From positions 96,001 to 160,000 of the forward strand of contig CAWGKG010000012.1 in assembly GCA_963823035.1 (NCBI GenBank): 64,000 bases of DNA, written 5' to 3'. A model generated the notes under the pieces. That model was not told the origin of the DNA, searched no databases, and saw only the letters and a list, made by a program, of their open reading frames with translations. The DNA is from an uncultured Gemmatimonadales bacterium. GTDB lineage: Bacteria > Gemmatimonadota > Gemmatimonadetes > Longimicrobiales > Gaopeijiaceae. Shown here piece by piece: positions 54,762 through 64,000 of this stretch. The translations under genes and the position numbers were made by a program. The first letter of the stretch is position 1. Each line of letters starts with the position of its first letter.

Positions 54762-57263
54762 TCAGGGCCGCGTGGCGCGCGGCCGGAGTCGCTTCGCGGG
54801 CGCATGGAGCCCGAAGAAGACGTGCCCGGAGCCGGCCGCCGCCGGACGCAGCGCCGCCGCCCCGCTCCCACCGTCGTCCCGCACTTCGAGCACCGCGTCG
54901 AACAGCTCGGGACGCGCGTCCACGGCGTCGCCGCGCGTCACCAGGACGATGCGCGGGACCTCGCGCAGCAGCTTCCTGAGCAGGACGAGCGCGCGCATCG
55001 CGCCCTCGGTGTCGAGACGGTCGAAGGGCTCCTCCAGGATGAGCGAGCCCAGCACCTGCCCCCCACCGCTCACCAGGGAAAAGGCGGCCAGGCGCACCGC
55101 CAGCCTCCCCGCCGCCAGGTCCTCCTCCGAGAGAGGGGAGAGGGGGCCGGCGTCACCCTGGAGTTGGGCCGACCCCTCGCTCCACGTCACGGCCAGGATC
55201 CGCCCGCCCGAGATGCGGCCGAGGTAGCGGGACGCCCGAGCCAGGAGCAGCTCGCGGGCGCGCGCCAGCCGCGCGTCGCGCACGCGCAGGAGCGCGGCCA
55301 CGACCGCGCCGATCGGCCCGTCGCTCGGTACCGTCGACACCCCCGATCCCTCCAGATCCGAGAGGCGTGCGCGCAGGAGCTCCACCCTCTCGGACGTCGC
55401 TTCCAGCGCGGCGTGCAGCCGGAGGGCCCTCCCCTCCAGCTCCTGCAGGTGGGACGGCTTCAGCTCGAGCTGCTCCCACCGCCGCTTCCACCAGCTGCCG
55501 TCCTGGACGATGGACTCCCACTCTTCCCCGAGCTCCGCGAGCACGGGGTCGTAGTGGCTCTCGAGCGTCCTGCCGCAGGTGGGGCAGGGCGCCGTGGGCC
55601 CCGCAGACTCCATCTGGTGGATGCGCGCCTTCAACTCGCGCGCCCGGTCGCGGTATGCGTGCAGCGTCGTCTCGGCGTCCTGCCGCTCGCGGTACCAGTC
55701 CATCGTCGACACCTCGAGGTCGCCGTCCGTCTCGGCGGCATCGGCACGGATCGCGCGCAGCTCCCGCTCGGCCGACCGCAACTCCGCGGAGACCAGCTCG
55801 GGATCCACGCGCACCGCGCCCGCCTGGTCGGTGCGCCCTGGCCCCTTCACGGTCGGCTCGGGAATCCCCATGTCCCGCGCTCGCCCCAGGGCGGCCGTGA
55901 CCACGTGGAGGCCGCGCACCTCCGCGACGGCGTCGACCGCCTGGTGCATGGCGCCCTCCAGCGTCTCGGCACCGCGGCCGGCCCACAACCGGCCGATCGG
56001 TCCACCCACGCCGTCCCCCGCCCGCAGGAGCAGCCCCGCGACCGCCCGCCTGGAGCGGCCCGCGCCACCGATCACCGCCGTGAGGCCCCGGCGCACCGAC
56101 ATGCTCACCCGCCCCACCCCTTCCACCTCCCCGTCCACGACTTCGAGCGCGCCGACCGGCTCCGCGGGAAGGGTCGAGACGGCCGCATCCGGCACCAGGG
56201 TTCGTACCAGCTCGTGGACCACGGGACCGTCGTCCCCGTCGCGAACGAGCTCCTCCTCCAGCGCAGCGCGCACGAGCGCCGGGGCGTCGGCGGGCAGCCA
56301 GGACCTGGCGGGGACGTGGGGCTCCCGTCCGGCCTCCACCGCGAGGTGCAGCGCCTCCTGGCGGAGGCCGTGCAGCTGCGCGCCCTGGAGATGCAGGAGG
56401 TGCTCCGGGTCGATCCCCTCCAGCCGGAGCCGTACGATCTTGCCGACGATTCCCCCGGGGACCTCCCTCGTGACCTCGTCCACGCGTCGGCGCAGCCGCT
56501 CGGGGTCGTCCGGTCCGACGCGGATCGGCGCCAGCGCCGCCACCGCTCGTCCAGGGATGGGGTGGAAGGTCGTGGTGCCGCGCTCCAGGTCGACGGTCAG
56601 GAAGCCCTTCTCGTCCGCCGCCTCGTCCCAGGGGTCGAGCGCGACGCGCTCGAGCGAGCCGGAATACTGCAGGTTGGGCGCGACCTGCCTGCGGCGGTGC
56701 TCGCCCCCGAGGGCGACGTAGTCCCAGTCCGCGGGATCGACGAACACTCCGGGCTCGTCGCCCGAGCCCTCCAGGGCGTGGAGCACCAGCAGGTTCCAGC
56801 GCACGCGCGGGTCGGGCTCGGGGTGGAGGGCGGGCTCGCGCACCGTGGCGCGATAGGGCACGAGCGCGGCATGGAGCTGCAGCCGCTCGAGGAGGATCGA
56901 GCGCGGCAGCCCCGCGGCCGCCTCGACGTTGGGGAAGGTGTCGAGCACGGCCAGCGCGCCGGGGTCTCCGGGGCGCCGTGGCGTGTCGCGCGGCCCGGCC
57001 ACCATGAGCACGGGCGTGCGGGCGAGCGACGTACGCAGGAGCTCCAGGCCGCGGGACAGCGCCACCAGAGCACCGGCGGGAGGATCCGGACGGTCGAAGA
57101 CGTCTCCCGCCACCACCACCACGTCCGGGGCGAGGCGCACCAGCTCCTGCACGGCGCGCTCCCACGCGATGGCCACGTCGCGCTCCCGCACGTCGACGCC
57201 ACGCTCCACCCGCCCGTAGGCGCGGAACCCCAGGTGGAGGTCGGACAGGTGCGCGACGATCAC
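54762..57263 (-). CDS. SbcD(Mre11)-SbcC(Rad50)-like fusion protein with degenerate catalytic motifs
   Basis: HLSDLHLG, AGDVFD, YVALG, YSGSLER, KGF; coiled coil with CPTC hook; ABC-like C-terminus LILEEPFDRLD. Confidence 0.8.
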   Translation of the reverse strand: MIVAHLSDLHLGFRAYGRVERGVDVRERDVAIAWERAVQELVRLAPDVVVVAGDVFDRPDPPAGALVALSRGLELLRTSLARTPVLMVAGPRDTPRRPGDPGALAVLDTFPNVEAAAGLPRSILLERLQLHAALVPYRATVREPALHPEPDPRVRWNLLVLHALEGSGDEPGVFVDPADWDYVALGGEHRRRQVAPNLQYSGSLERVALDPWDEAADEKGFLTVDLERGTTTFHPIPGRAVAALAPIRVGPDDPERLRRRVDEVTREVPGGIVGKIVRLRLEGIDPEHLLHLQGAQLHGLRQEALHLAVEAGREPHVPARSWLPADAPALVRAALEEELVRDGDDGPVVHELVRTLVPDAAVSTLPAEPVGALEVVDGEVEGVGRVSMSVRRGLTAVIGGAGRSRRAVAGLLLRAGDGVGGPIGRLWAGRGAETLEGAMHQAVDAVAEVRGLHVVTAALGRARDMGIPEPTVKGPGRTDQAGAVRVDPELVSAELRSAERELRAIRADAAETDGDLEVSTMDWYRERQDAETTLHAYRDRARELKARIHQMESAGPTAPCPTCGRTLESHYDPVLAELGEEWESIVQDGSWWKRRWEQLELKPSHLQELEGRALRLHAALEATSERVELLRARLSDLEGSGVSTVPSDGPIGAVVAALLRVRDARLARARELLLARASRYLGRISGGRILAVTWSEGSAQLQGDAGPLSPLSEEDLAAGRLAVRLAAFSLVSGGGQVLGSLILEEPFDRLDTEGAMRALVLLRKLLREVPRIVLVTRGDAVDARPELFDAVLEVRDDGGSGAAALRPAAAGSGHVFFGLHAPAKRLRPRATRP

Positions 57264-58576
57264 GGCCCGCCGTCCACGTCCAGCTCGAAGCCCTCCACCT
57301 CCGGGAAGGGCGCTGCAGCCCCGGCGGGCCGGGCGGCCAGGAGAACCTCCTCACCGACGAAGCCGAGGCCGGTGAGGGCCTCCGGATAGCCGCGTCGGTA
57401 GGTGGCCACCCGCCAGCCCGCCGGGAACTCCCACGAGCCCGGCTCCGGGGAGACGGGCCCGACGACCATCGCCCCCTCCGGACTCAGGTGCGCGCACAGC
57501 GCGTCGCGGGCACTCCCCGAGAGGGCGGCCAGCCCTCCGAGCACGCCGAACGCGCCCGTGTCGAGGAAGATGAGGTCGTAGGGACCCCCGGGGTGCTGGA
57601 GCTGGTCGTCGAGGTTGCCGACACCCAGGCGCAGGCGCTCCCCGAGCTCTCCCGACAGACCGGTCTCCATGTGCTCACGCCCCAGCTCCAGGACGGTCGC
57701 CGAGCGCTCCGACACCGAGACCCGCACGGTAGGATGCTCGCGCACGGCCGCGCGCGGGAGGGGCGAGGCGCCCCCGCCCACGAGGAGCATCTCGAAGGGG
57801 ACGGCGGTCGACGTCGCGAAGGCGCGGAAAGCGGCGACGTCCCAGGGCGCTCCGTCCTCGACGCCGAGCGCCATCCATCGACGGAGCGACCGACCCTCGA
57901 GCAGCAGCCGGGCCGCGTGGTCGTGCGATGCGAGGTGCCGGTCCTCCACACGGACGTCGCCGACCATCGTGGGGCGACGTGCTCGCACGAGGACGCGCAG
58001 ACGGCTGTCCAGAATGAACCCGAACACCAGGCCTCCCGCCGACAGGAGGACGAGGCACACCATGAGGAGGGAGGCAGGGGTCGGCACACGCGGCAGGAAG
58101 ACCCCCGTCGCCACGATCCCTGCGGCCCCACCCAGGAACGCCGGCGCGCCCACGCTCCCCGGACGGGCGTCCTGCGTCCCGCCCATGGCGGCGCCCATCC
58201 CGCCCAGCACCCCGCCGCAGGCGTAGAGCGGAAGCCCGGCCATGAGCGACAGGCCGAGCCCCTGCCCCAGCGCCGTTCCCCCGAAGTCCGCGAGAAAGGT
58301 CCAGAAGGCGGCGAAGACCGTCGCCACCAGGAACGCGAGGAGGCAGAGCATCCACCGTCGCCGCAGTGCGTCGACCAGGTCGGGTCGCGGTCCGGGGGCG
58401 GACCACAGCCCGACGGCGAGGGCGGCCGCCTCCACCCCGAGGATCGTCGTGATCGAGCGGACGAGCCCCGGGCCCGTGTACAGCAGCAGCCCGAGGGCGA
58501 CCTCCGCCACGGACGCCGCGCAGATGCCCACCACGAAGGCGGGCGCCCACCCGAGCGGGTGCGCGCGGGTGTTCAC
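57260..58576 (-). CDS. Membrane-fused spermidine synthase-like (SAM-fold) protein
   Basis: About six TM helices, then LLVGGG, YDLIFLD, HLSPEG; GTGA overlaps on both sides. Confidence 0.7.
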   Translation of the reverse strand: MNTRAHPLGWAPAFVVGICAASVAEVALGLLLYTGPGLVRSITTILGVEAAALAVGLWSAPGPRPDLVDALRRRWMLCLLAFLVATVFAAFWTFLADFGGTALGQGLGLSLMAGLPLYACGGVLGGMGAAMGGTQDARPGSVGAPAFLGGAAGIVATGVFLPRVPTPASLLMVCLVLLSAGGLVFGFILDSRLRVLVRARRPTMVGDVRVEDRHLASHDHAARLLLEGRSLRRWMALGVEDGAPWDVAAFRAFATSTAVPFEMLLVGGGASPLPRAAVREHPTVRVSVSERSATVLELGREHMETGLSGELGERLRLGVGNLDDQLQHPGGPYDLIFLDTGAFGVLGGLAALSGSARDALCAHLSPEGAMVVGPVSPEPGSWEFPAGWRVATYRRGYPEALTGLGFVGEEVLLAARPAGAAAPFPEVEGFELDVDGGP

Positions 58577-59052
58577 CGCGGGCTGACCCGGCCGTAGGCG
58601 CCCCGATAGAACACGAGGGCCTCGTCCTCGCCCAGACCCAGCTCCTGCACGCGCCCCACCAGGATCGAGTGGTCGCCGCCCGGATGCACGGCCTCGAGAC
58701 TGCAGGCCAGCCACGCCGCGGCGCCGTCCACCACCGGATTCCCCGCAGGACCCTCGTGCCAGTCGACCTCGAGGAAGCGCACCTCGGCCGGACCGGAGGC
58801 GAAATGGGCGGCGAGGTCCGCCTGGTCCGCGGCGAGGACGCTGATCGCGAAGGATCCGGATTCGAGGAGGCGGTCGTGGGACGACGAGCTGTGCTGCACG
58901 CAGACCAGCACGAGCGGGGGGTCGAGGGAAACCGAACAGAAGGCGTTGACGGTCATGCCACAGGGCGCGGCGGCGCCGTCGAGGGTGGCGACGATCGTCA
59001 CCCCCGTGGGGAAGGCCCCGAGGACCTGTCTGAATGCGAGCGCGTCCTTCAA
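58573..59052 (-). CDS. Flavin reductase family protein
   Basis: FRQVLGAFPTGVTIV, SVSLDPPLV, GGDHSILVG; TTG start inferred. Confidence 0.9.
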   Translation of the reverse strand: MKDALAFRQVLGAFPTGVTIVATLDGAAAPCGMTVNAFCSVSLDPPLVLVCVQHSSSSHDRLLESGSFAISVLAADQADLAAHFASGPAEVRFLEVDWHEGPAGNPVVDGAAAWLACSLEAVHPGGDHSILVGRVQELGLGEDEALVFYRGAYGRVSPR

Positions 59053-59267
59053 GTGGACCCCCTGACGACAACGCGGCGGCCCGCCGGTCGGGGCGTGCCG
59101 CCGCGTTCCGATGCGACATCCTCTCCGGAGCCCGGGCCGAGGCCGCCTTTCGGTCTCGCACACCGGCGCGCGCGCGCCGGTGTTGCCCCCCAACATGCGG
59201 TCGCTAGCTTTCCAGGCCCGGCTCGGCACGGGGATTCGACCACCATGCCCCACGAACGAAGGGCGCG

Positions 59268-60254
59268 ATGCGACGGCGCTGGCTCCTTCTCGCGGTGATC
59301 TTAACCGCGCCCTCAGGCTGCGACAACGTAACCTGGGGTGGGACGGAAGTCCGTCTGGAGGCACCGCCGGAGCGGGCCGCAGCCCCCACCGTCGAAGGCG
59401 CCACGGTGGGTGAGGAGGGCCGACCGCTCCCCGAGCTTCCCAAGGGCGCCATCCTCCTCGCCGGCGTCCACGAGGGGGACACGGCGCGCCTGGTCACGGT
59501 AGCCGAGGTGGGCCGGGACGGCCTCGCACCGCTGACGAACGAGACGGATGCGCCCGGGTTCCTCGAGCACTTCGCACGCGTCCGCTTCCCGGCCGGGAAG
59601 GAGCTGATCCTCTTCGCGGACGGGGCCCGCGTCGGGCGGGTGATCGTGACGGGAACCAGCGTGGACGAGAGCTTCTGCGCGCCGAAGCTCTCGGTGCAGG
59701 GTCTGGTCGAGCTGGTTCCCGCCGCCGCGGCGGCGCGTAGGCTGCTCGCCCTCGAGGACACCACTGCGGCGACCCGCGAGTACACGCCCTTCCGGCACCG
59801 GGGCGATGGTCAGGAGGAGCGCGCCGCCGCTCTGGCCATGGCGGGAGCGGCGCTTCCGGAGGTGGGGGCACCCTGGCCGCCCTCCCTCCTCGAGTCACGC
59901 GCGGACGTCCAGGTCTTCCAGCTCCCGGAGAACGAGGGTCCTTCGATCGCGTCGACCTTCCTCTACAACGACCAGCTCGCCGTGGGGGAGGCGGGCGAGC
60001 GAGCCTATGCGCTCTTCGTGATGGGGACGCGGGAGGCGGGCGGCTACGAAGGCGGCTTCACGTGGTATCGGCGTGCCGAGAACGGGAAGGGCGCCCCCCG
60101 CTACTTCGACCACCTGGACTGGGACGGGGACGGCAGGAGCGAAGTGCTTCTCGACGTCCTGGGCACCGGGAGCCGGTGGTTCGCTGGGCTTTCGAGACGG
60201 GGCGACACGTGGGTACGCTCCTTCGAGGATCCCTGCGGCGCGCCGACCGGTTGA
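59268..60254 (+). CDS. Hypothetical lipoprotein
   Basis: MRRRW + hydrophobic stretch + PSGC lipobox-like site; DWDGDGRSE Ca-binding-like loop. Confidence 0.75.
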   Translation: MRRRWLLLAVILTAPSGCDNVTWGGTEVRLEAPPERAAAPTVEGATVGEEGRPLPELPKGAILLAGVHEGDTARLVTVAEVGRDGLAPLTNETDAPGFLEHFARVRFPAGKELILFADGARVGRVIVTGTSVDESFCAPKLSVQGLVELVPAAAAARRLLALEDTTAATREYTPFRHRGDGQEERAAALAMAGAALPEVGAPWPPSLLESRADVQVFQLPENEGPSIASTFLYNDQLAVGEAGERAYALFVMGTREAGGYEGGFTWYRRAENGKGAPRYFDHLDWDGDGRSEVLLDVLGTGSRWFAGLSRRGDTWVRSFEDPCGAPTG

Positions 60255-61132
60255 TGCCGGCCCCCAGGCCGGTGACCGCGCTCGCCCTTCTTCTCCTTTC
60301 GGCAGCGTGCGGCCCGACATCGGGCCCGCCCGCGAACGATGAGGCGGCGCCGACCGAGGAGGTCCGCACCTTCGAGGACGCGGACGGTCGCGAGGTCCGC
60401 CTCGAGGTCCCCGTCCGACGCGTCGTTTCGCTCGTGCCCTCCGCCACCCTGACGCTCGACGCCATCGGCGCACGCTCCGTGCTGGTGGCACGGACCGACT
60501 ACGACACGGCGTCGTGGACCGCGGACCTTCCCTCCGTGGGCGGAGGACTCGAGCCCAGCCTCGAGACGATCGTCTCCCTCCACCCGGACGTGGTGATTCG
60601 CTTCGGCGGGCCTCAGGACCCCACCACCCCGGCCCGCCTCGACGACCTGGAGGTACCGCAATTCACCATCCGGCCCGACGTCATCGAGGACGTGCTCTCC
60701 ATCGCCGATCTCCTCGGCCGCATGACCGGGCACGAGGAGGGTGCCGACTCGCTCGTCGCCCGCCTCCGCTCCGAGCTGGACGCCGTCCGGGTGCGATGGG
60801 CGGGGACGCCGCCGGTGCGGACGGCGTACGTGATGGGTGGGGACCCGCCATGGGTCGCTGGGTCCGGGACCTACGTGGACGAGCTCATCTCCCTGGCCGG
60901 CGGGGACAACGTCTTCTCCGACCTGGGAACCCTCTACGCCTCCGTGAGCCCGGAGGAGCTGGTGGCACGGGACGTCGACGTGGTGCTCCTGTCGGCTGGG
61001 AGCGCGTTCGATCGGTCGCGGGTGGGCGACGCCCGTGTCGTCGAGGTGGGTGACGTCGTCGGCATCCCGGGCCCCTCGGTCGCGGAGGCCGCGCGCGTGG
61101 TGGCGGGGGCGCTGCACGGCGGAGCGTCGTGA
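60254..61132 (+). CDS. Cobalamin/siderophore-type ABC substrate-binding lipoprotein (BtuF-like)
   Basis: SAAC lipobox, RVVSLVPS, PSLETIVSLHPD, LAGGDN, VSPEEL. Confidence 0.85.
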   Translation: MPAPRPVTALALLLLSAACGPTSGPPANDEAAPTEEVRTFEDADGREVRLEVPVRRVVSLVPSATLTLDAIGARSVLVARTDYDTASWTADLPSVGGGLEPSLETIVSLHPDVVIRFGGPQDPTTPARLDDLEVPQFTIRPDVIEDVLSIADLLGRMTGHEEGADSLVARLRSELDAVRVRWAGTPPVRTAYVMGGDPPWVAGSGTYVDELISLAGGDNVFSDLGTLYASVSPEELVARDVDVVLLSAGSAFDRSRVGDARVVEVGDVVGIPGPSVAEAARVVAGALHGGAS

Positions 61133-62115
61133 GCCGCGTCGGCCTCGGCGCGGGCCTTCTCGGACTCCTGGTCGTTTCGGTCGTCCTGGGCGTGCGCTTC
61201 GGGTCCGTGCATCTCACCACCGGGGAGGTCCTCACGGTGCTGGGCGGTGGCGGCCCCGAGGCGCACCGCCAGATCGTCCTCCAGATCCGCTTTCCGCGCG
61301 TCCTGCTCGGCGCGCTGGTGGGCGGAGGCCTCGCGCTCGCCGGCGCCACATTCCAGGCGCTGCTGCGCAACCCACTGGCCGAGCCCTACATCCTCGGCAT
61401 TTCGGGGGGCGCGTCGCTCGGCGCCGTGCTCGTGCTGTCGCTCGGCGTGGGCGCGGCCTCCTGGCCGCTCCCCCTCGCCGCCTTCGCGGGCGCCCTCGTC
61501 GCGATCGTCCTGGTCTTCCGGGTCGCCACCGCCTCCGGGCGCGGGATGGACGTGCGCGTGCTCCTCCTCGCGGGCGTGGTGGTCGGCGCGTTCTTCACGG
61601 CCTGCATCGCCTTCATCCTCTCGATCTCGGAGGCGCGCACCGTCCAGAGCGCCGTGATGTGGATCATGGGCAGCCTGGCCGCAGCGAGCTGGCGGAGCGT
61701 GATCCTGGGCGCGACCTACACCCTGCCGGCGGCTCTCCTCCTTCTCACCCTGGCGAGGCCGCTCAACCTGATGGCCATCGGGGAGGAGACGGCGCACTAC
61801 CTGGGCGCGGACGTGGAGCGCGTCAAGCGGATGGCGCTCGGCCTCGCGGCGCTGCTCACGGCGGCGGGCGTTTCGGTGGCGGGGGTCATCGGCTTCGTGG
61901 GCCTGGTGGTTCCCCATGCGATTCGTCTGCTGGTCGGCTCCGACCACCGTGCGCTGCTCCCCCTCTCCTTCGTGGGCGGCGCGGCGTTCCTGGTCCTGTG
62001 CGACGTGGTCGCGCAGCTGGCGCTCGCGCCGATCCAGGTGCCGGTGGGCGTCATCACGGCCTTCGTTGGCGTGCCACTCTTCCTCTTCCTCCTGCGCAGG
62101 AGCCTCGTTTCGTGA
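61129..62115 (+). CDS. FecCD/BtuC family ABC permease
   Basis: IRFPR, RNPLAEPYILGISGGA, GEETAHYLG, GVIGFVGLVVPH. Confidence 0.92.
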   Translation: MSRVGLGAGLLGLLVVSVVLGVRFGSVHLTTGEVLTVLGGGGPEAHRQIVLQIRFPRVLLGALVGGGLALAGATFQALLRNPLAEPYILGISGGASLGAVLVLSLGVGAASWPLPLAAFAGALVAIVLVFRVATASGRGMDVRVLLLAGVVVGAFFTACIAFILSISEARTVQSAVMWIMGSLAAASWRSVILGATYTLPAALLLLTLARPLNLMAIGEETAHYLGADVERVKRMALGLAALLTAAGVSVAGVIGFVGLVVPHAIRLLVGSDHRALLPLSFVGGAAFLVLCDVVAQLALAPIQVPVGVITAFVGVPLFLFLLRRSLVS

Positions 62116-62939
62116 GGTTCTCCACGAAGGAGCTCGTGGTGCGCTATCCTGGCGCGGCGCGCCCTGCGCTGGACGGCGTGACCATGGACGTGCCGGACGG
62201 CGCGCTCTACGCCGTGCTCGGTCCCAACGGCTCGGGCAAGTCCACGCTCATGAAGGCCTTGCTCGGCGTGTTGCGGCCCACACGTGGCCATGCGCGCCTC
62301 GACGGAAAGGACACGGCTGCGTGGTCGCGCCGCGAGCTGGCGCGCGCGGTCGGCGTGGTCCCCCAGGCCGAGACGATCGCCTTCCCCCTCACGGTGCGCG
62401 AGCTGGTGGCGATGGGTCGCTATCCCCACCTCGGCGCGCTCGGCGGCGAAGGGGAAGCGGATCGCCGGGCGGTGTCGCGAGCGTTGGCGCAATGCGACGT
62501 CGAGGAGCTGGCGCCCCGCGACGTGACGACGCTGTCCGGAGGGGAGTTGCAGCGCGTGCGCATCGCCCGGGCGCTCGCCCAGGAGCCGCGTGCGCTCGTG
62601 CTCGACGAGCCGACGGCGAGCCTGGACATCCAGCACGAGATGGCGATCCTCGAGCTCCTGCGGGCCTCCGCGGACGCCGGCATGACGGTCCTCGTCGTGA
62701 CGCACGGGCTGGACCTGGCCGCGCGCTTCGCCGACCGGATGCTCCTTCTGGCCCGGGGCGTCGTCGCCGCGGAGGGACCACCGTCGGACGTCGTGCGCTC
62801 GGAGGTCCTGGAGCGCGTCTACCGCTGGCCGATCGCGGTGTCGCCGGACCCCAGCACGGGGCTCCCCCGCGTCACGCCGTTGCGCACGGGGCAGGGCCAC
62901 ACCGGAACCGGACCGACGACGACGGCGTCGGGCTGCTAG
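62112..62939 (+). CDS. ABC transporter ATP-binding protein (BtuD/FecE-like)
   Basis: GPNGSGKST, LSGGE, VLDEPT, MGRYPH. Confidence 0.92.
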   Translation: MRFSTKELVVRYPGAARPALDGVTMDVPDGALYAVLGPNGSGKSTLMKALLGVLRPTRGHARLDGKDTAAWSRRELARAVGVVPQAETIAFPLTVRELVAMGRYPHLGALGGEGEADRRAVSRALAQCDVEELAPRDVTTLSGGELQRVRIARALAQEPRALVLDEPTASLDIQHEMAILELLRASADAGMTVLVVTHGLDLAARFADRMLLLARGVVAAEGPPSDVVRSEVLERVYRWPIAVSPDPSTGLPRVTPLRTGQGHTGTGPTTTASGC

Positions 62940-63851
62940 ACCTGGCCCGCCTCGTCCCTGAGCGCGACGTACGACCGGTACCGGCTCTCGGCGATCTCCC
63001 CGCGCTTCACGGCTTCACGGACGACGCAATCGGGTTCGGAGACATGGGCGCAGTCGCGAAATCGACAGCGCCCGCGGAGCGCCTCCATCTCCGGGAAGCA
63101 CGCCTCCACCTCGTCGGGGGCGACGCCCCAGAGCCCCACGTCGCCGAAACCCGGCGTGTCCGCGATCACACCCCCGCAGGCGAGCGGAACGAGCCGCGAG
63201 TCCACCGTGGTGTGCCGGCCGCGACCGCTCCGACGGGAGACCTCCCCGGTGCGCAGCTCGGCCGAAGGATCGAGGCGATTGACCAGGCTGGATTTCCCGG
63301 CCCCCGAAGGACCCATCAGGGCCGCGATTCCCGCGCACGCCTCTTCGGCGAAGGCATCCATCCCCACCTCGGTCGCGGCGCTCACCGCGATCACGAGATA
63401 GCCGATCGGCTCGTACGTCTCCGCGAGCTCACGCGCGCGCTCGGCACCGCCGGCGAGGTCGACCTTGTTCACGACGAGCACGGGGTGCAGCCCGCTCGCC
63501 TCCACGACAACGAGGAGCCGGTCGACCATGCTCGGTGGTCGTGTCCGGCTCGCGCGCCGCGACCACCACGAGCACGCGATCCAGGTTGGCCGCCACCACC
63601 TTCGCGCGCCGCCCTCCCGGTCCGCGTCGGACCATCTCCGACCGGCGCTCCTCCACGCTCTCGACCACCCACGAGTCCCCGGTCGGGGCTACCCGCACCC
63701 GGTCTCCGATCACCACCTGGTCGCCCGTGCGCCGCTGCTGCTTGAGGCGGCCACGCAGCGCGGCTTCCACCTCCCGGCCGTCGTCCAGACGAACGCGGTA
63801 CACGCCCCCGCCCGTCGCATGGACCGTACCCTCGCCTCCACTCGCGTCCAT
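62936..63851 (-). CDS. rsgA: Ribosome small subunit-dependent GTPase A; one frameshift near 63530
   Basis: VIGDRV OB fold, ANLD, NKVD, GPSGAGKSS, GRHTT, DTPG, CRFRDCAH..EPDC. Confidence 0.92.
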
Positions 63852-64000
63852 CAGGGCCGGGGTGGCAAGCGAAAGGCCCCCCACCGGATCCCTGGCGGGT
63901 CCGATGAGGGGCCTGTAGATCGCATGCGCGTCCGACCGTGACCGGTCGGCCCGGGGGTCACGCCGCGAACGACTCCAGCGCGCTGCCGCGCTCGCCCTCG

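Noticed and set aside
59053..60254. Cobalamin riboswitch ahead of the Btu-like transporter
   Set aside because: No recognisable B12-box elements (GGGAA, GCCACTG, AGYCAGRAGACC)
1..64000. tRNA, rRNA, integrase, transposase, reverse transcriptase or prophage genes
   Set aside because: No supporting motifs were seen by eye on either strand

Overview
This window is very GC-rich bacterial DNA that looks like a composite of at least two unrelated sources. (1) ~1-34.4 kb has alphaproteobacterial character: ABC1 kinase-oligoendopeptidase F-acyl-CoA ligase-sigma54 regulator, indolepyruvate ferredoxin oxidoreductase, DUF1244/N-formylglutamate amidohydrolase/glycerate kinase/pyk, glcDEF, type-B rpmJ, a GTTC-N7-GTTC LexA box and several palindromic intergenic elements. 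Its conserved genes are riddled with frameshifts while its accessory genes are clean, which points to consensus or sequencing error rather than gene decay. (2) ~34.4-36.7 kb is a patchwork of truncated, abutting fragments (DmsC tail, acyl-ACP desaturase N-terminus, DEAD-box helicase, TPR tail), most likely chimeric joins. (3) ~36.7-64 kb is nearly frameshift-free and Gemmatimonadota-like by inference: bcp, E1-alpha, ECF sigma, PspA, M20 peptidase, trpE, hydantoinase A, DUF2723, RidA, ROK kinase, Btu-like ABC transporter, rsgA. The best candidates for new biology are an unannotated ArfA-like ribosome-rescue ORF with an internal hairpin and no nearby stop codon, a single-chain SbcD-SbcC fusion with degenerate nuclease and ATPase motifs but an intact zinc hook, a LexA-boxed 'ANRxNAxxSTGP' gene next to a FitAB/VapBC module, and a structured intergenic ncRNA candidate. 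All product calls come from motif recognition by eye; no database searches were run. Ends of frameshifted genes are approximate.
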